A stretch of 64,000 bases of DNA from a bacterium (GCA_030429765.1 JAUIER010000004.1:97131-161130), one strand, 5' to 3'. Shown: positions 19,207 to 29,849, counted from the first letter of the stretch. The notes: a model not told the origin generated them from the sequence alone. Numbers and translations are program-made.

Positions 19207-20403
19207 TTATGCAATCTCATACTGATCAAGCAACATCTCGGCAAACGCTAAGCTGCACGTAAACGCCGGTGAAACCGCATTCAGCAGATGGACACTCGAC
19301 TTGTCCGCTTCCACCACGAAATCCTGGACCAATTTACGGGTCTTGGTATCCAGCAGCTGCGCCCGAATCCCCGGCTGCGTGTACTCAGTAAATCCATCCG
19401 GATCGATCTGCTCGACCATGGCCTGAGCCAACCCGACAAAATACCGCTTACGATACTTGCGCATCTCTTCAAACGCCAACGAACGAAATCCAAATGAATT
19501 TTGCGCGAATAACCTGACCTCCTCCATGCTGATCTTTAACATCTCGCCCAACCGGAAGTTGTCCCAAAATCCGTACTGCTCTTTCCAAAGAGCCGGAATC
19601 GCCGTTGGGCCGATCTTGATCGTACCGTCGACGGTCTTGGTGAAATGTACACCCAGAAACGGATTACGCAAGTTGGGAACCGGATATACATGCACCTTTA
19701 CGTCCGTCTTGTTCTTGGTGTACTTGAGATACAATCCTTTAAACGGGATCATGGTGTACTGCCCGCCAAAGCCAAAATCCCGGGCGATCGTATCGGCGTA
19801 TGACCCGGCACAATTGATCACCCGATCGCCTTGAAAACTTCCACGATTGGTCTCGACAGCGCCGGACTGACGACGCAGGTATTTGGTTTCAAAAAGAAAT
19901 TCCACCCCGGCCGACTCCAGCTGCTCACGCATACAACGGCATACCTGTTTGGGATCGATACTGGCCGTGTCCGGTGACCATAAGGCTTTTTCGTAGGTCT
20001 TGACGTTGGGATCGATCTCTTTGGCCTGATCGGCACCGATGATCTCGACATTCGATCCATTGCGATGCCCGCGCTTTTCGAGCTCATATAACGTATCCCG
20101 CTCATCCGCGTCCTGGGCCACCACCAGTTTGCCGCATTCATTGATATCCAGCTGATGACGTCGGCAAAATTCCTTCATGGCATGATTTCCCGCGACGGTC
20201 AACTTGGCCTTTAAACTGTCAGCCGTATAATAAAACCCGGCATGCAGCACGCCGCTGTTGCGGCTGGACGCATGAAAGGCTTCCCGGGTTTCTTTGTCAA
20301 TGATAAGCAGACTGGCATCCGGACGCCTGATCTTGATCGCCCGCGCGATAGCCATACCGACGATGCCGCTTCCGATGATTATGTAATTGTATTTCTTGGT
20401 CAT
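19207..20403 (-). CDS. FAD-dependent L-2-hydroxyglutarate oxidase/dehydrogenase family protein (LhgO-like)
   Basis: Start at ATG codon 18: MTKKYNYIIIGSGIVGMAIA GxGxxG dinucleotide fold, LhgO-like length (398 aa). Confidence 0.65.
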   Translation of the reverse strand: MTKKYNYIIIGSGIVGMAIARAIKIRRPDASLLIIDKETREAFHASSRNSGVLHAGFYYTADSLKAKLTVAGNHAMKEFCRRHQLDINECGKLVVAQDADERDTLYELEKRGHRNGSNVEIIGADQAKEIDPNVKTYEKALWSPDTASIDPKQVCRCMREQLESAGVEFLFETKYLRRQSGAVETNRGSFQGDRVINCAGSYADTIARDFGFGGQYTMIPFKGLYLKYTKNKTDVKVHVYPVPNLRNPFLGVHFTKTVDGTIKIGPTAIPALWKEQYGFWDNFRLGEMLKISMEEVRLFAQNSFGFRSLAFEEMRKYRKRYFVGLAQAMVEQIDPDGFTEYTQPGIRAQLLDTKTRKLVQDFVVEADKSSVHLLNAVSPAFTCSLAFAEMLLDQYEIA

Positions 20404-20464
20404 GTCGAATAAAATAAAAAAGATAAAATCGTTTACGCAAAACCGCGTCACCAAAGGAGCGTAT

Positions 20465-20704
20465 ATGTCTGATCCAGAAGTCCCCCAAAAAGCCCCGTAT
20501 GTTCAGGAAACCAACGTCGGTAAATATGCCTGGTGCTCGTGTGGCAAATCCGACAAACAGCCATTTTGCGACGGCAGCCACCGTAACACCGATATGACAC
20601 CGGTTATCGTTGAGATCGAGACAAAAAAGAATGTTGCGTGGTGCGGTTGCAAGCACACCAAAACACCGCCCTACTGCGACGGCTCGCACAAAGATCTATC
20701 ATGA
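20465..20704 (+). CDS. CDGSH iron-sulfur domain protein (two zf-CDGSH motifs)
   Basis: 79 aa from ATG codon 27 with AAAGGAG SD; YAWCSCGKSDKQPFCDGSH and AWCGCKHTKTPPYCDGSH. Confidence 0.7.
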   Translation: MSDPEVPQKAPYVQETNVGKYAWCSCGKSDKQPFCDGSHRNTDMTPVIVEIETKKNVAWCGCKHTKTPPYCDGSHKDLS

Positions 20705-20952
20705 AGAAGAAAAAATTTTCGTACGCTCAAAACAAACCGTTCACACTTGACGTTAAACCGGGGAAATATGCCTGGTGTTCCTGCGGCGAATCCCGCAAAC
20801 AGCCGTTTTGCGACGGCAATCATGAAGAGACGGGAATGTATCCGGTTGTGGTCACCATCACGGAAGAACAAACCGTTCACTGGTGCGGATGCAAATCGTC
20901 TGAGAACGCCCCTTTCTGCGATGGAACGCATCAAAAATTCATCGATGCTTAG
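20701..20952 (+). CDS. CDGSH iron-sulfur domain protein (two zf-CDGSH motifs), tandem paralog
   Basis: 83 aa; start ATG overlaps upstream stop as ATGA; YAWCSCGESRKQPFCDGNH and HWCGCKSSENAPFCDGTH. Confidence 0.7.
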   Translation: MKKKKFSYAQNKPFTLDVKPGKYAWCSCGESRKQPFCDGNHEETGMYPVVVTITEEQTVHWCGCKSSENAPFCDGTHQKFIDA

Positions 20953-21128
20953 GCCAGAAACGTATCACCCTTGGCCCAATTCTCACGCGGCACCTCATCA
21001 ATAACCAGATACGTGCTGGGTTTGGGCTTTCCACAGACGTCTTCCATGGTCTGAGCAAAGCGTTGCGCAATCTCGTCTTTTTGTTCTTTGGTTAATCGTC
21101 CCGCCACTCTTAGACTTATGTACGGCAT
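20949..21128 (-). CDS. 4-oxalocrotonate tautomerase family protein (59 aa), not in ORF track because below 60-aa cutoff
   Basis: Reverse translation MPYISLRVAGRLTKEQKDEIAQRFAQTMEDVCGKPKPSTYLVIDEVPRENWAKGDTFLA: Pro1 after Met, beta-alpha-beta tautomerase length and pattern; AAGGA SD upstream; convergent 4-nt overlap with second CDGSH gene. Confidence 0.5.
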   Translation of the reverse strand: MPYISLRVAGRLTKEQKDEIAQRFAQTMEDVCGKPKPSTYLVIDEVPRENWAKGDTFLA

Positions 21129-21179
21129 AACTGTTCCTTTGGTTATGTGTGATTAATTGAAGATATTCGGATAGACTGG

Positions 21180-21761
21180 TTACTTCTTTTCAAGCAAATA
21201 CAGACCGGTATTCGCAAACAGGTTGGCAAACATCTTGATGCGCTTGTTGTTGGCAATGCCGCATTCACGAACGATGGTGATGTCATGATCCCGGCAGAAT
21301 ATCCGGAAATCCTTGATACTTAAAAATCTCAAGTTGGGCGTATCATACCACTCGTACGGTAAACCTTTGGTCATCGGAACCCGCCCGCTGAAAAATATCT
21401 GCAACCGTGCCCCGAGATGACAGAAATTCGGGATCCCGACGATAACACGCTTGCCGACACGCAGCGCTTCGAGGATCACTTTCTTGGGGTGCAGCACCTC
21501 TTGAAGACTTTCATTGAGAATGACGTAATCAAAACGCTTGCTGGAATAGTCCTCAAGGCCGGTATCAATATCACCATGCGACACGCTCACGCCCTTGGCC
21601 ATCGCCTCATAAATCGCCTGTTCGTTGATCTCAATCCCTGAGGCATGCGCCTTCTTCTCTTTAATGAGCAGCGCCAACAGGGATCCGTCACCACATCCCA
21701 AATCCAGGACCTTGGAATTTTCTTTGACTGTCTCAACGATGAGTTTGTGATCTACACGCAT
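21180..21761 (-). CDS. metW: methionine biosynthesis protein MetW
   Basis: Start at ATG codon 21: MRVDHKLIVETVKENSKVLDLGCGDGSLLALL..., MetW methyltransferase-like pattern; follows metX with 4-nt gap. Confidence 0.75.
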   Translation of the reverse strand: MRVDHKLIVETVKENSKVLDLGCGDGSLLALLIKEKKAHASGIEINEQAIYEAMAKGVSVSHGDIDTGLEDYSSKRFDYVILNESLQEVLHPKKVILEALRVGKRVIVGIPNFCHLGARLQIFFSGRVPMTKGLPYEWYDTPNLRFLSIKDFRIFCRDHDITIVRECGIANNKRIKMFANLFANTGLYLLEKK

Positions 21762-21765
21762 AGCT

Positions 21766-22884
21766 TTAGATAAACCGCTGTAAAAAATGTGATACAACTT
21801 TGGATTGATTCTCAACTTCAATCAAAAAGGCGTCATGTCCGTAACTGGAGTCGATAAGAATCGCCGATACATCCAGATCATTGGCCTTAAGCGCCTTAAC
21901 CATTTGCTTGGATTGATACGGCGGATACAGCCAGTCACTGCTGAATGAAATCACCAAGAACGGACACTTGGCCGGGGCAAAGGCCTCGGTCAAACTGGTC
22001 TTCTCCGCTGTTATATCAAAATAATCGAGCGCCTTGGATAGATACAGATAGGAATTCGCATCAAACCGCTGAACAAAACTCTCACCGCGGTAATTCAAAT
22101 AGCTCTCCACTTCAAAATCGGTGGAGAAATCATAGCCCAGCTTTTCTTTTTTCATGAGCTTGCGTCCGAACTTTTCGTCCATTGACTTCTCGCTCATATA
22201 CGTAATGTGACCGATCATACGCGCAACGGCCATCCCGCGCGCCGGTATCGATTTCCCGTAGTAATCGCCGTTCTCCCAATCCGGATCGCTCATAATCGCC
22301 CGTCGGGCGACTTCATGCAGGGCGATCTGCTGGGCGGTATGCCGGGTGTTGGTGGCAATGGCGATGCACGATCGTAGTGATTCCGGATACTTGATCGACC
22401 ATTCCAACGCCATCAAGCCTCCCATGGATCCACCCGCAACATTCAGCAATGTGGAGATCCCCAGATGATCGATAAGCTGTTTCTGGACCACGACCATGTC
22501 TTCCACCGTGATTACGGGAAAACTCAATCCATACGGTCGCCCCGTCTTGGGATTGGTTGAGGCCGGCCCGGTACTGCCCTTGCATCCGCCCAAAACATTG
22601 GCGCAGATGACAAAATATTTGTCTGTGTCGAAGGCCTTGCCGGGACCGATCATGGTGTTCCACCACCCCGGTTTCTTGTCACCCTCATGATAACCGGCCG
22701 CATGCGCGTCGGATGTTAGAGAATGAAAGACGAGAATGGCATTGGATTTGTCGGCATTTAGTTGTCCGTAAGTCTCGTAGGCGATGGTGATAGGGCCCAG
22801 CCGTTCACCACTTTTGAGCTTGAGCTCATGCGGCGGTTCATGGCAGGTAAAGAATTGCGTTGTAACGACCCCAAGATCCGGCAT
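21766..22884 (-). CDS. metX: homoserine O-acetyltransferase
   Basis: 372 aa, alpha/beta hydrolase with GGSMGG nucleophile elbow, MetX family pattern. Confidence 0.9.
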   Translation of the reverse strand: MPDLGVVTTQFFTCHEPPHELKLKSGERLGPITIAYETYGQLNADKSNAILVFHSLTSDAHAAGYHEGDKKPGWWNTMIGPGKAFDTDKYFVICANVLGGCKGSTGPASTNPKTGRPYGLSFPVITVEDMVVVQKQLIDHLGISTLLNVAGGSMGGLMALEWSIKYPESLRSCIAIATNTRHTAQQIALHEVARRAIMSDPDWENGDYYGKSIPARGMAVARMIGHITYMSEKSMDEKFGRKLMKKEKLGYDFSTDFEVESYLNYRGESFVQRFDANSYLYLSKALDYFDITAEKTSLTEAFAPAKCPFLVISFSSDWLYPPYQSKQMVKALKANDLDVSAILIDSSYGHDAFLIEVENQSKVVSHFLQRFI

Positions 22885-23052
22885 AGTAATAAATGTAGCT
22901 ATTCTAATAGGTTAGAAATTTAGACAAATATTAGCATAGCGCTTTCGTGAAGTCAACGACAACCAACGGATCACCGTCATGTAGAATGGGATATATTTGA
23001 CTAAAAGTTTTGAGAGAAAATTGGATATTCGCACCCGAGGTCACCCGTTGAG

Positions 23053-24084
23053 CTAGCCGGCGTATTCGAACATGGCATTCACACAGGCCTTAGCACGTTT
23101 CAGGACGTCAGGATCGATCCTCACCCGATCGCGCTCCGTCGGCGCCGTCAGTACGCGTTTGATATCTTCAAGGGTATTCGATTTCATGTACTTGCATAAT
23201 GTGCACGAACCAACCAGCGTCTTCCCGGGAAGCTCAACACTCAGACGGCCCGATAGTCCGCATTCGGTTAACATCAGAAACTGATCGTTATCGGATTCCT
23301 TCATGTAATTGAGAAGTTGTGAGGTACTGCCGACATAATCGGAATTCTTGACCACCGCCTCATTGCACTCCGGATGCGATATTATCTTGGCCTCTGGATA
23401 CTCGGTGCGGATCTTGAAGATCTGCTCGGCGTCATACTCTTCGTGAACATAGCATGTGCCGCTGTAATACTGGATCTCCTTCTTGATCCCGCGCTTTTTC
23501 AATTCGTTGACCAGATTGATACCCATCAGTTTATCGGGCAGAAAATAGATCTTATCATTTGGAATGTTGATACAAATGTCATACACATTGGATGAGGTGA
23601 CACACACATCACATTCTGCCTTGACTTCAGCGGTGGTGTTGATGTAACAGACAAACGTATGGTCGGGATACTTCTTCTTCAAATCCCGAACCTGCTGGGC
23701 GGTGATCGAATCAGCCAGTGAACATCCGTCATTAAGCCCCGGAATCAATACCTCTTTGTCCGGATTCAGGATCTTGGCTGTATCTCCCATAAAACGGACG
23801 GCCGCAAACACAATAACTTCGGCATCAGTTTCCATCGCCTTCTTACTCAGATAATATGAGTCACCGACGTAATCGCCCACGCCGTAAATGATGTCGGGCG
23901 TCACATACGAATGGACCAGAACACAGGCATTCTTCTCACGCTTCAAGGCCTTGATCTCGTTGATCAGCGGCGTCAGCTCCTCACACTTCTTATGAGAATA
24001 CTGACAGACTTGTCCGCCCACCTTTACATCTTTCAGCACGTCATAGAGTTCATCCGCCGTGATTTTATCTTGTGTAAGAATCAT
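23053..24084 (-). CDS. nadA: quinolinate synthase
   Basis: 343 aa, NadA family pattern with conserved Cys ligands (..CYVHEEY.., ..GSCTLCKYMK..). Confidence 0.85.
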   Translation of the reverse strand: MILTQDKITADELYDVLKDVKVGGQVCQYSHKKCEELTPLINEIKALKREKNACVLVHSYVTPDIIYGVGDYVGDSYYLSKKAMETDAEVIVFAAVRFMGDTAKILNPDKEVLIPGLNDGCSLADSITAQQVRDLKKKYPDHTFVCYINTTAEVKAECDVCVTSSNVYDICINIPNDKIYFLPDKLMGINLVNELKKRGIKKEIQYYSGTCYVHEEYDAEQIFKIRTEYPEAKIISHPECNEAVVKNSDYVGSTSQLLNYMKESDNDQFLMLTECGLSGRLSVELPGKTLVGSCTLCKYMKSNTLEDIKRVLTAPTERDRVRIDPDVLKRAKACVNAMFEYAG

Positions 24085-24199
24085 AATGTTCCTATGGATA
24101 ATGGGTTATTGAATTAGGTAAGATTGATGAAAGTGTCGAGCCGCCAGACTCGAATTATCATAGATGTTCAGTTTCGGAATGTCAATCTCGAATAATCGC

Positions 24200-25600
24200 C
24201 TACCAGGAACCGCCGATGGCCTTGATCAATTCCACGGCGTGGATCAGACGCTGGACCTTGATCTGAGAGGCCTGTAGTTCAGCATCCAGACGCGACCGCT
24301 CAGCGTCGATCACTTCGAGAAAGGTCACAAGCCCCTCTTCGTAGCGCGAAATCGAGATCTTCGCTGTTTTGCGAGATGAATCCAGCACTTCTTTCTGCGC
24401 CCGGGCCTGATCTTTACGCATCTGGACATTGTTTAAGGCTGTCTCGACTTCGCCGATGGCCTCCAGCACCCGCTGCCGGTACTCCTCGACCGTTTGAATG
24501 TACTCAGCCTCATACGCCTGCAATTCAGAGCGTAAACGGTTACCGTTAAAGATCGGCAGCGACACATTCGGACCCAATCCCCAAAATCGACTTTCCCAGT
24601 CAAACAGATCGCTGGCCTTCACACTGCGTAAACCACCGGTCGCGGTTAGCGAAAGTTTGGGATAAAACGCGGCTTCGGCCACACCAATCTTGGCGTTGGC
24701 GGCGGCGACCATTCGTTCAGCCTCCGCAATATCAGGCCGGCGTTCCAGCAACTGCGAAGGAATAATCACCGGTACACGGGGAACGCGCGTGTTGAGGGAC
24801 TGCTCACGGATCACAAATCGGCCGGGCTGCTGACCACAAAGGACCGCCAGAGCGTTCTGCAGCTCCTTACGTCGACGGACAACATCCACACGCTCCGCAC
24901 GCACTTTGGCCAGTTCAGTTCGGGCCAGATTCAAATTGAGCTCACTGGTGATCCCGCCACTGACGCGTTGATCCACCATTTTGACGGCGTATTCACGAAG
25001 TTTGAGCGTCTCATCAATAATCTCTATCTGCCGGTCCAACTCCCGCAACGCAAAATAATTGATTGCCACATCGGTGCTCAGGATCAATTGTACAGACCGG
25101 AGTTCGGCCACCGTGGCCTCGGCTTCGGCCTGTCCCACTTCAAATCCACGCTTCACCCGTCCCCAGAGATCAACTTCGTAACTCAAATCCAACGGAAGTG
25201 TATAGCTGTTGGACACAAAACTACTCGTACTCGCCGACGTGGAATTAAAACTGTTCTTTGTCGTCCGTGAACGGTTGAGATCTGGATTGAATTCCACTTC
25301 CGGATAAAATTCAGCACGGTCAATCTGCGCCATGGCCCGCGCCCGTTCAACATTGGCCACCGCGCTTTTGATATCGTGATTGTATTTGGCCGCCAGGTTT
25401 TGCAGATAGTTTAAGCTGTCATCCCCAAAGATCGTCCACCAGCGCCCGCGGTCAACATGATCGCTTGGTTCGGCAAACTTCCATTGATCGCTCTGCTCCA
25501 GACTCCACGTCTCCGGGACGTCGACTGACGGCCGTACAAAATCTTTACCCACGGTCTGACATCCGCTCGTCGTGAACACTAAAATTAATAGAACCGACAC
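24200..25600 (-). CDS. outer membrane factor (NodT/TolC family lipoprotein) portion; no start codon of its own, in-frame continuation of the RND ORF
   Basis: ~466 aa: hydrophobic LAGVSVLLILVFTTSGC lipobox-like segment then TolC-like repeats ending IKAIGGSW; only GTG/TTG candidates near 25598-25600; track shows single ORF 24200..28939. Confidence 0.55.
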   Translation of the reverse strand: MSVLLILVFTTSGCQTVGKDFVRPSVDVPETWSLEQSDQWKFAEPSDHVDRGRWWTIFGDDSLNYLQNLAAKYNHDIKSAVANVERARAMAQIDRAEFYPEVEFNPDLNRSRTTKNSFNSTSASTSSFVSNSYTLPLDLSYEVDLWGRVKRGFEVGQAEAEATVAELRSVQLILSTDVAINYFALRELDRQIEIIDETLKLREYAVKMVDQRVSGGITSELNLNLARTELAKVRAERVDVVRRRKELQNALAVLCGQQPGRFVIREQSLNTRVPRVPVIIPSQLLERRPDIAEAERMVAAANAKIGVAEAAFYPKLSLTATGGLRSVKASDLFDWESRFWGLGPNVSLPIFNGNRLRSELQAYEAEYIQTVEEYRQRVLEAIGEVETALNNVQMRKDQARAQKEVLDSSRKTAKISISRYEEGLVTFLEVIDAERSRLDAELQASQIKVQRLIHAVELIKAIGGSW

Positions 25601-28600
25601 TCCGGCCAAAGCCCGTGACGATGCGGATTGACTCGGCTTGGCTTTGGATCGTCTGCCTTTAATCAGAATGTAAACGGTCGGGATTACGAAGAGTGTTAGA
25701 AAAGTTCCCAACGCAATACCGCCCACCGCAGCAACACCAAGCGGACGCCGGCTTTCCGCCCCCGCCCCAAAGCCGATCGCAATCGGCAAGATGCCGGCAA
25801 TCGTTGAAAAAGCTGTCATTAAAATTGGTCTGAACCGCATCTTTCCCGCTGACATCATCGCTCGCACCGCTCCCTTTCCCTTTCGCAACTCCTGATTCGC
25901 AAAATCAACTAACAAAATCCCATTCTTGGTGACGATTCCGATCAACATAATGATTCCGATCTGACTGAACAGGTTAATACCCATCGCGGGTATCCTCGGC
26001 CAACCATGAAGAAAGCTGTCGGGCTGCGCTGCCTGAATCATCGCATCCAAATGTCCGAGCCCCCATAACGCGCCAAGCGCTCCGAATACGGCCAGCGGAA
26101 GTGTAAACAGAATCACGAACGGATCAACAAGACTCTCAAACTGCGAGGCCAATACCATGTAGATGATGAGCACCGCCAGCAACAAAATAAACATCGTCTC
26201 CGATCCCGCCTCCTTCAAATCGGCCGCCTCACCGTTCCATTCATACCGCAAGCCTTTCTCGTCGAGCTGCGCCAGCAGTTCTTCTGTTTTTTCGATGACG
26301 GTTCCCAAGGGCAAGTCCAACGGTGTCGCCTCGATCGTCGCTGATCGTAAACGGTTAAAGTGATTGATGGCGCTGGCCCCGCCGCCTGTTTCGTACTCGA
26401 TCAGATTGATCAGCTGGATCAGTTCGCCCTGGTTATTGCGGATGTAAACTTTTTCGAGATCCGACGGTGACAAGCGGGATTTACGCGCCAGCTGTACGAT
26501 GACATCATACTCCTTGCCCTTGAGGTTAACCTTGGCGAGATCCAAGCCGCCGAATAAAATCTGCAATACCTTGGAGATATCCTCAACGGACACACCTAAA
26601 ACCGCTGCCCGGTTTCGTTTGATTTCGATCCGTAATTCCGGTTTGTTGAGCTCAAATGTCGATCGGACGTTCAACAAAAATCCAGCCTCACGTAATTTCT
26701 GACTGAACTCCTGCGCTATCCGGTTGAGTTCATTGAGATCCTGATGCTGTAACACAAGTTGAAAACTCTGTGAAAATCCGCCGCCGATCGCCTTGGGAAT
26801 AATCGGAATCACAAGTGCGCCCTCGATGTTCCCGAAAAACTGTCCGCGCAGTCCTTGCGGTCCATTGACGATATCCCGCACATGTCGTTCGCGTTCTTCT
26901 TTCAAACGGATAAAGGACAGTCCTTGGGCCGCTTGCCCGGGGCCGCCTCGAGCCAGGGCTACGGCCGAAAAGAACCCATCCACTTCCGGCGTATCGTCAA
27001 TGATGGCCTCCATTTTTCGGACCATTCGGTCAGTGTACTCACTTGTCGATCCCTCGGGTGCCAGGGCAATAACAAACAACCGCCCCTTGTCTTCTTCCGG
27101 CAGAAACTCACTTTCCAAATTCTGGTAAAAGTAATACGCGCCGGCGACCACAGCCATACACAGGAGGATCACGACAAACGCGAACTTAAACGAGGCACGC
27201 AAAACTTTCAAATAAAAACGCTGCTGTCCGCGCAGCCATCGTTCAAACCAATAAAGCACCCCCCGCCGTTTATTTTCAGTCTGTGGTTTAAGTATCCGTG
27301 AACACATCATCGGCGCCAAGGTTAAGGCCACAAAAGTCGACACAATAACACTGAACGAGATCGCGACAGCAAATTCAATAAATAGACGTCCGGTGTCACT
27401 GGTCTGGAAGGCCATCGGCAGGAACACGGCCACGAGCGCCACGGTCGTAGCGATAACGGCAAAACCAATCTCTTTCATCCCCAGAATCGCGGCCTCAAAA
27501 GGCTTCATCCCCCGCTCTATATGCCGGTAAATATTTTCCAGGACGACGATGGCGTCATCGACCACCAGACCGATGGCCAGAACAAACGCCAACATCGTCA
27601 CGACATTGATCGAATATCCAAAGAAATACAGGACCCCAAAAGTGGCCATGATCGATACCGGGATTGTGACACTCGGGACCAGTGTCGATCGAAAATCGTG
27701 TAGAAAAATAAAAATGACAAACACGACCAACGCGAAGGCCAAGCCCAGTGTAATCCATACCTCGCGAATCGACTTCTCGATGTAGATCGATTCATCATAC
27801 GGCACTTTGTACGTAATCCCTTCCGGGACCAACGGCTGAATCCGTTCCAGCTCGGCCTTGATGCCGGAGGCCACGTCAATGATATTGGCCTTGGACTGTT
27901 TGATTATTCCGATACCCACGGCCGGTTTGCCGTTGTATCGCGCGACTGAACGTTCATCCTCGACACCGACATCTGCCTGCCCGATATCTCTGAGCCGAAC
28001 AAGATCATCTCCCCGGCTGAGGATGACCAGATTATTATATTCTTCGGGCGTCTTGAGCTGGCCGCGGGTTTCAATGGCGAGCTCACGCTGATAGCTTTCG
28101 ACACGTCCGCTCGGCAACTCTACACTCTGCTCTTTGAGAGCGCGCTCCACATCCAGCACGGTAACCCGATGCGCCGCCATGCGGTCAGAGTCCAGTCGAA
28201 TACGGATGGCAAACCGTTTGGATCCGCCGAGAATGACCGAACTAACGCCCGGCACCGTCTGCAGCCTATCTTTAAAGAGACTTTCAGCAATGGTGGTGAG
28301 TTCTAGTGTAGAGAATCGTTCGCTGTACAGGGCAACCCAGATTGATGGACTGGCATCGGCGTCCTGCTTGGACACGATGGGCTCATCAATATCCGCCGGC
28401 AGCCGGCCGCGGACGCGCGCCACCCGATCGCGAACATCCTGGGCGGCCACATCAACATCCTCTGAGAGGTCAAATTCAATGGTGATCGAGCTCAATTGCT
28501 CACGCGATTCACTCGTCATCTTCTTGATCCCCTCCACGCTGGACAATGCATCCTCCAACGGTTCGGTAATCTGTGTCTCAATTACACCCGCACTGGCGCC

Positions 28601-28756
28601 AGGATAGATGGTCTGCACGTTGACAATCGGCGGATCGATATCCGGCAGCTCACGCACGGGTAATCGGGTCAGTCCCACGACGCCAAAAAGGATTAGCAAT
28701 AAGCTCATCATGCTGGCAAGAACAGGTCGTTGTATGCTTATTTCAGATAATCTCAT
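25601..28756 (-). CDS. RND efflux permease (AcrB/HAE1-like), 12-TM, reading through into OMF with no stop
   Basis: Start at ATG codon 62 (MRLSEISIQRPVLASMMSLLLILFGVVG), overlapping adaptor gene by 14 nt; ~1050 aa AcrB-like; C-terminal tail KGRRSKAKPSQSASSR. Confidence 0.8.
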
Positions 28757-29849
28757 AAAATTTCTTTTCGGTAGGATCTTCCAAACGGACCTTGACCTTG
28801 GATCCAGGCCCGATCTTCTGGTAGCCTTCGGTGATAACTGTTTCGTCTCCCTGTAATCCGCTGACGACCTGGGCCATACCATTGAACCGTTGTCCAACCT
28901 GGATCTCCCGCAGCTGAGCCGTATCATCCGCGCCAACAATGTAGACGGAAACCGTATCGCCTTTGATGATCAACGCGGTCTCAGGGATGAGGACCGCGCT
29001 TTCAATGACATCAAGGACCAATTCCACATTGGCAAACATGCCTTCTTTTAGCTTATCTTCAGGATTCGGGACTTTGGCCTTGACCATCGCCGTCCGCGTG
29101 GTGTTATCGATCTTGGGGGCAATAAAAAACACCTCCCCTTCGTACTCCTCCTGGGGAAACGCATCCAGTTGAAGGCGGACCTTCTGCCCCACACTGACTT
29201 GTCCCACAAAACGTTCGGGGACATTGAAGACAACTTTCATCGGATCTTTGCTGTACAGTGACGTCAGTTGGGTGCCCTGGACGATAAACTGCCCCAGACT
29301 CACCAGCCTTTCTCCGACGACCGCATCAAACGGCGCGCGGATAATCGCATCGGACAACTGCTCTTTGGCCAGCGTTACAGCGGCCCGATTGGATTCCAGT
29401 GACGCCATGGTCTCATCGTACTCCTGTCGGGATACGGCCTTGGTCTGAACGAGATTCTTGTACCGCTCGGCGGTGGTTTCGGCAAGATTGAGATTCGCCC
29501 GCGCTTGGGCGTATGTGGCTTCTAGCTTCTCTTTATCGATCTCAAAAAGAACGTCGCCTTGTTCAACAAACGCTCCTTCAATAAAATTAATACGGTTTAC
29601 CGCCCCGTTGATTTCACTCTTGATATCGACAGACTCATTGGATTCGAGCGAACCGACAATTGAAATCTTGTCGACGATGTCTTCACGAACGGACTGAAAT
29701 CCGACCACATTCGTGGCAAATCCGCCCGGAGGACCACCTGACGGCTTGGCCTCGGTTTCCTGGGAACATCCGGACAATATCGATGAGAATAAAATTAAAA
29801 CGGCGGCGATATAAAATGATCTAAACCGACTGTTGGCTGTGCAACTCAT
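28743..29849 (-). CDS. efflux RND periplasmic adaptor subunit (membrane fusion protein), lipoprotein
   Basis: 368 aa, signal peptide with LSGC lipobox, biotinyl-lipoyl/beta-barrel MFP pattern. Confidence 0.85.
   Translation of the reverse strand: MSCTANSRFRSFYIAAVLILFSSILSGCSQETEAKPSGGPPGGFATNVVGFQSVREDIVDKISIVGSLESNESVDIKSEINGAVNRINFIEGAFVEQGDVLFEIDKEKLEATYAQARANLNLAETTAERYKNLVQTKAVSRQEYDETMASLESNRAAVTLAKEQLSDAIIRAPFDAVVGERLVSLGQFIVQGTQLTSLYSKDPMKVVFNVPERFVGQVSVGQKVRLQLDAFPQEEYEGEVFFIAPKIDNTTRTAMVKAKVPNPEDKLKEGMFANVELVLDVIESAVLIPETALIIKGDTVSVYIVGADDTAQLREIQVGQRFNGMAQVVSGLQGDETVITEGYQKIGPGSKVKVRLEDPTEKKFYEII

Noticed and set aside
20747-21004. Forward 85-aa ORF
   Set aside because: Featureless; the same DNA encodes a well-formed tautomerase-family protein on the reverse strand.
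21762-21821. 20-codon N-terminal extension of metW
   Set aside because: Would overlap the metX 3' end; MetW homologs start at the MR(V/A)D.. Met.
22885-23052. Possible SAM riboswitch in the metX leader
   Set aside because: Reverse-complement leader lacks SAM-I/SAM-II conserved cores; only a direct repeat CACCCG..CACCCG seen.
26163-28856. Numerous forward-strand ORFs (60-157 aa) inside the RND/OMF gene
   Set aside because: Shadow ORFs antisense to a strongly supported coding region; Ser/Arg-rich low-complexity translations.
28757-28939. 61-codon N-terminal extension of the RND ORF
   Set aside because: Lies inside the adaptor gene in another frame; the RND family N-terminus MRLSEISIQRPV is at 28756.
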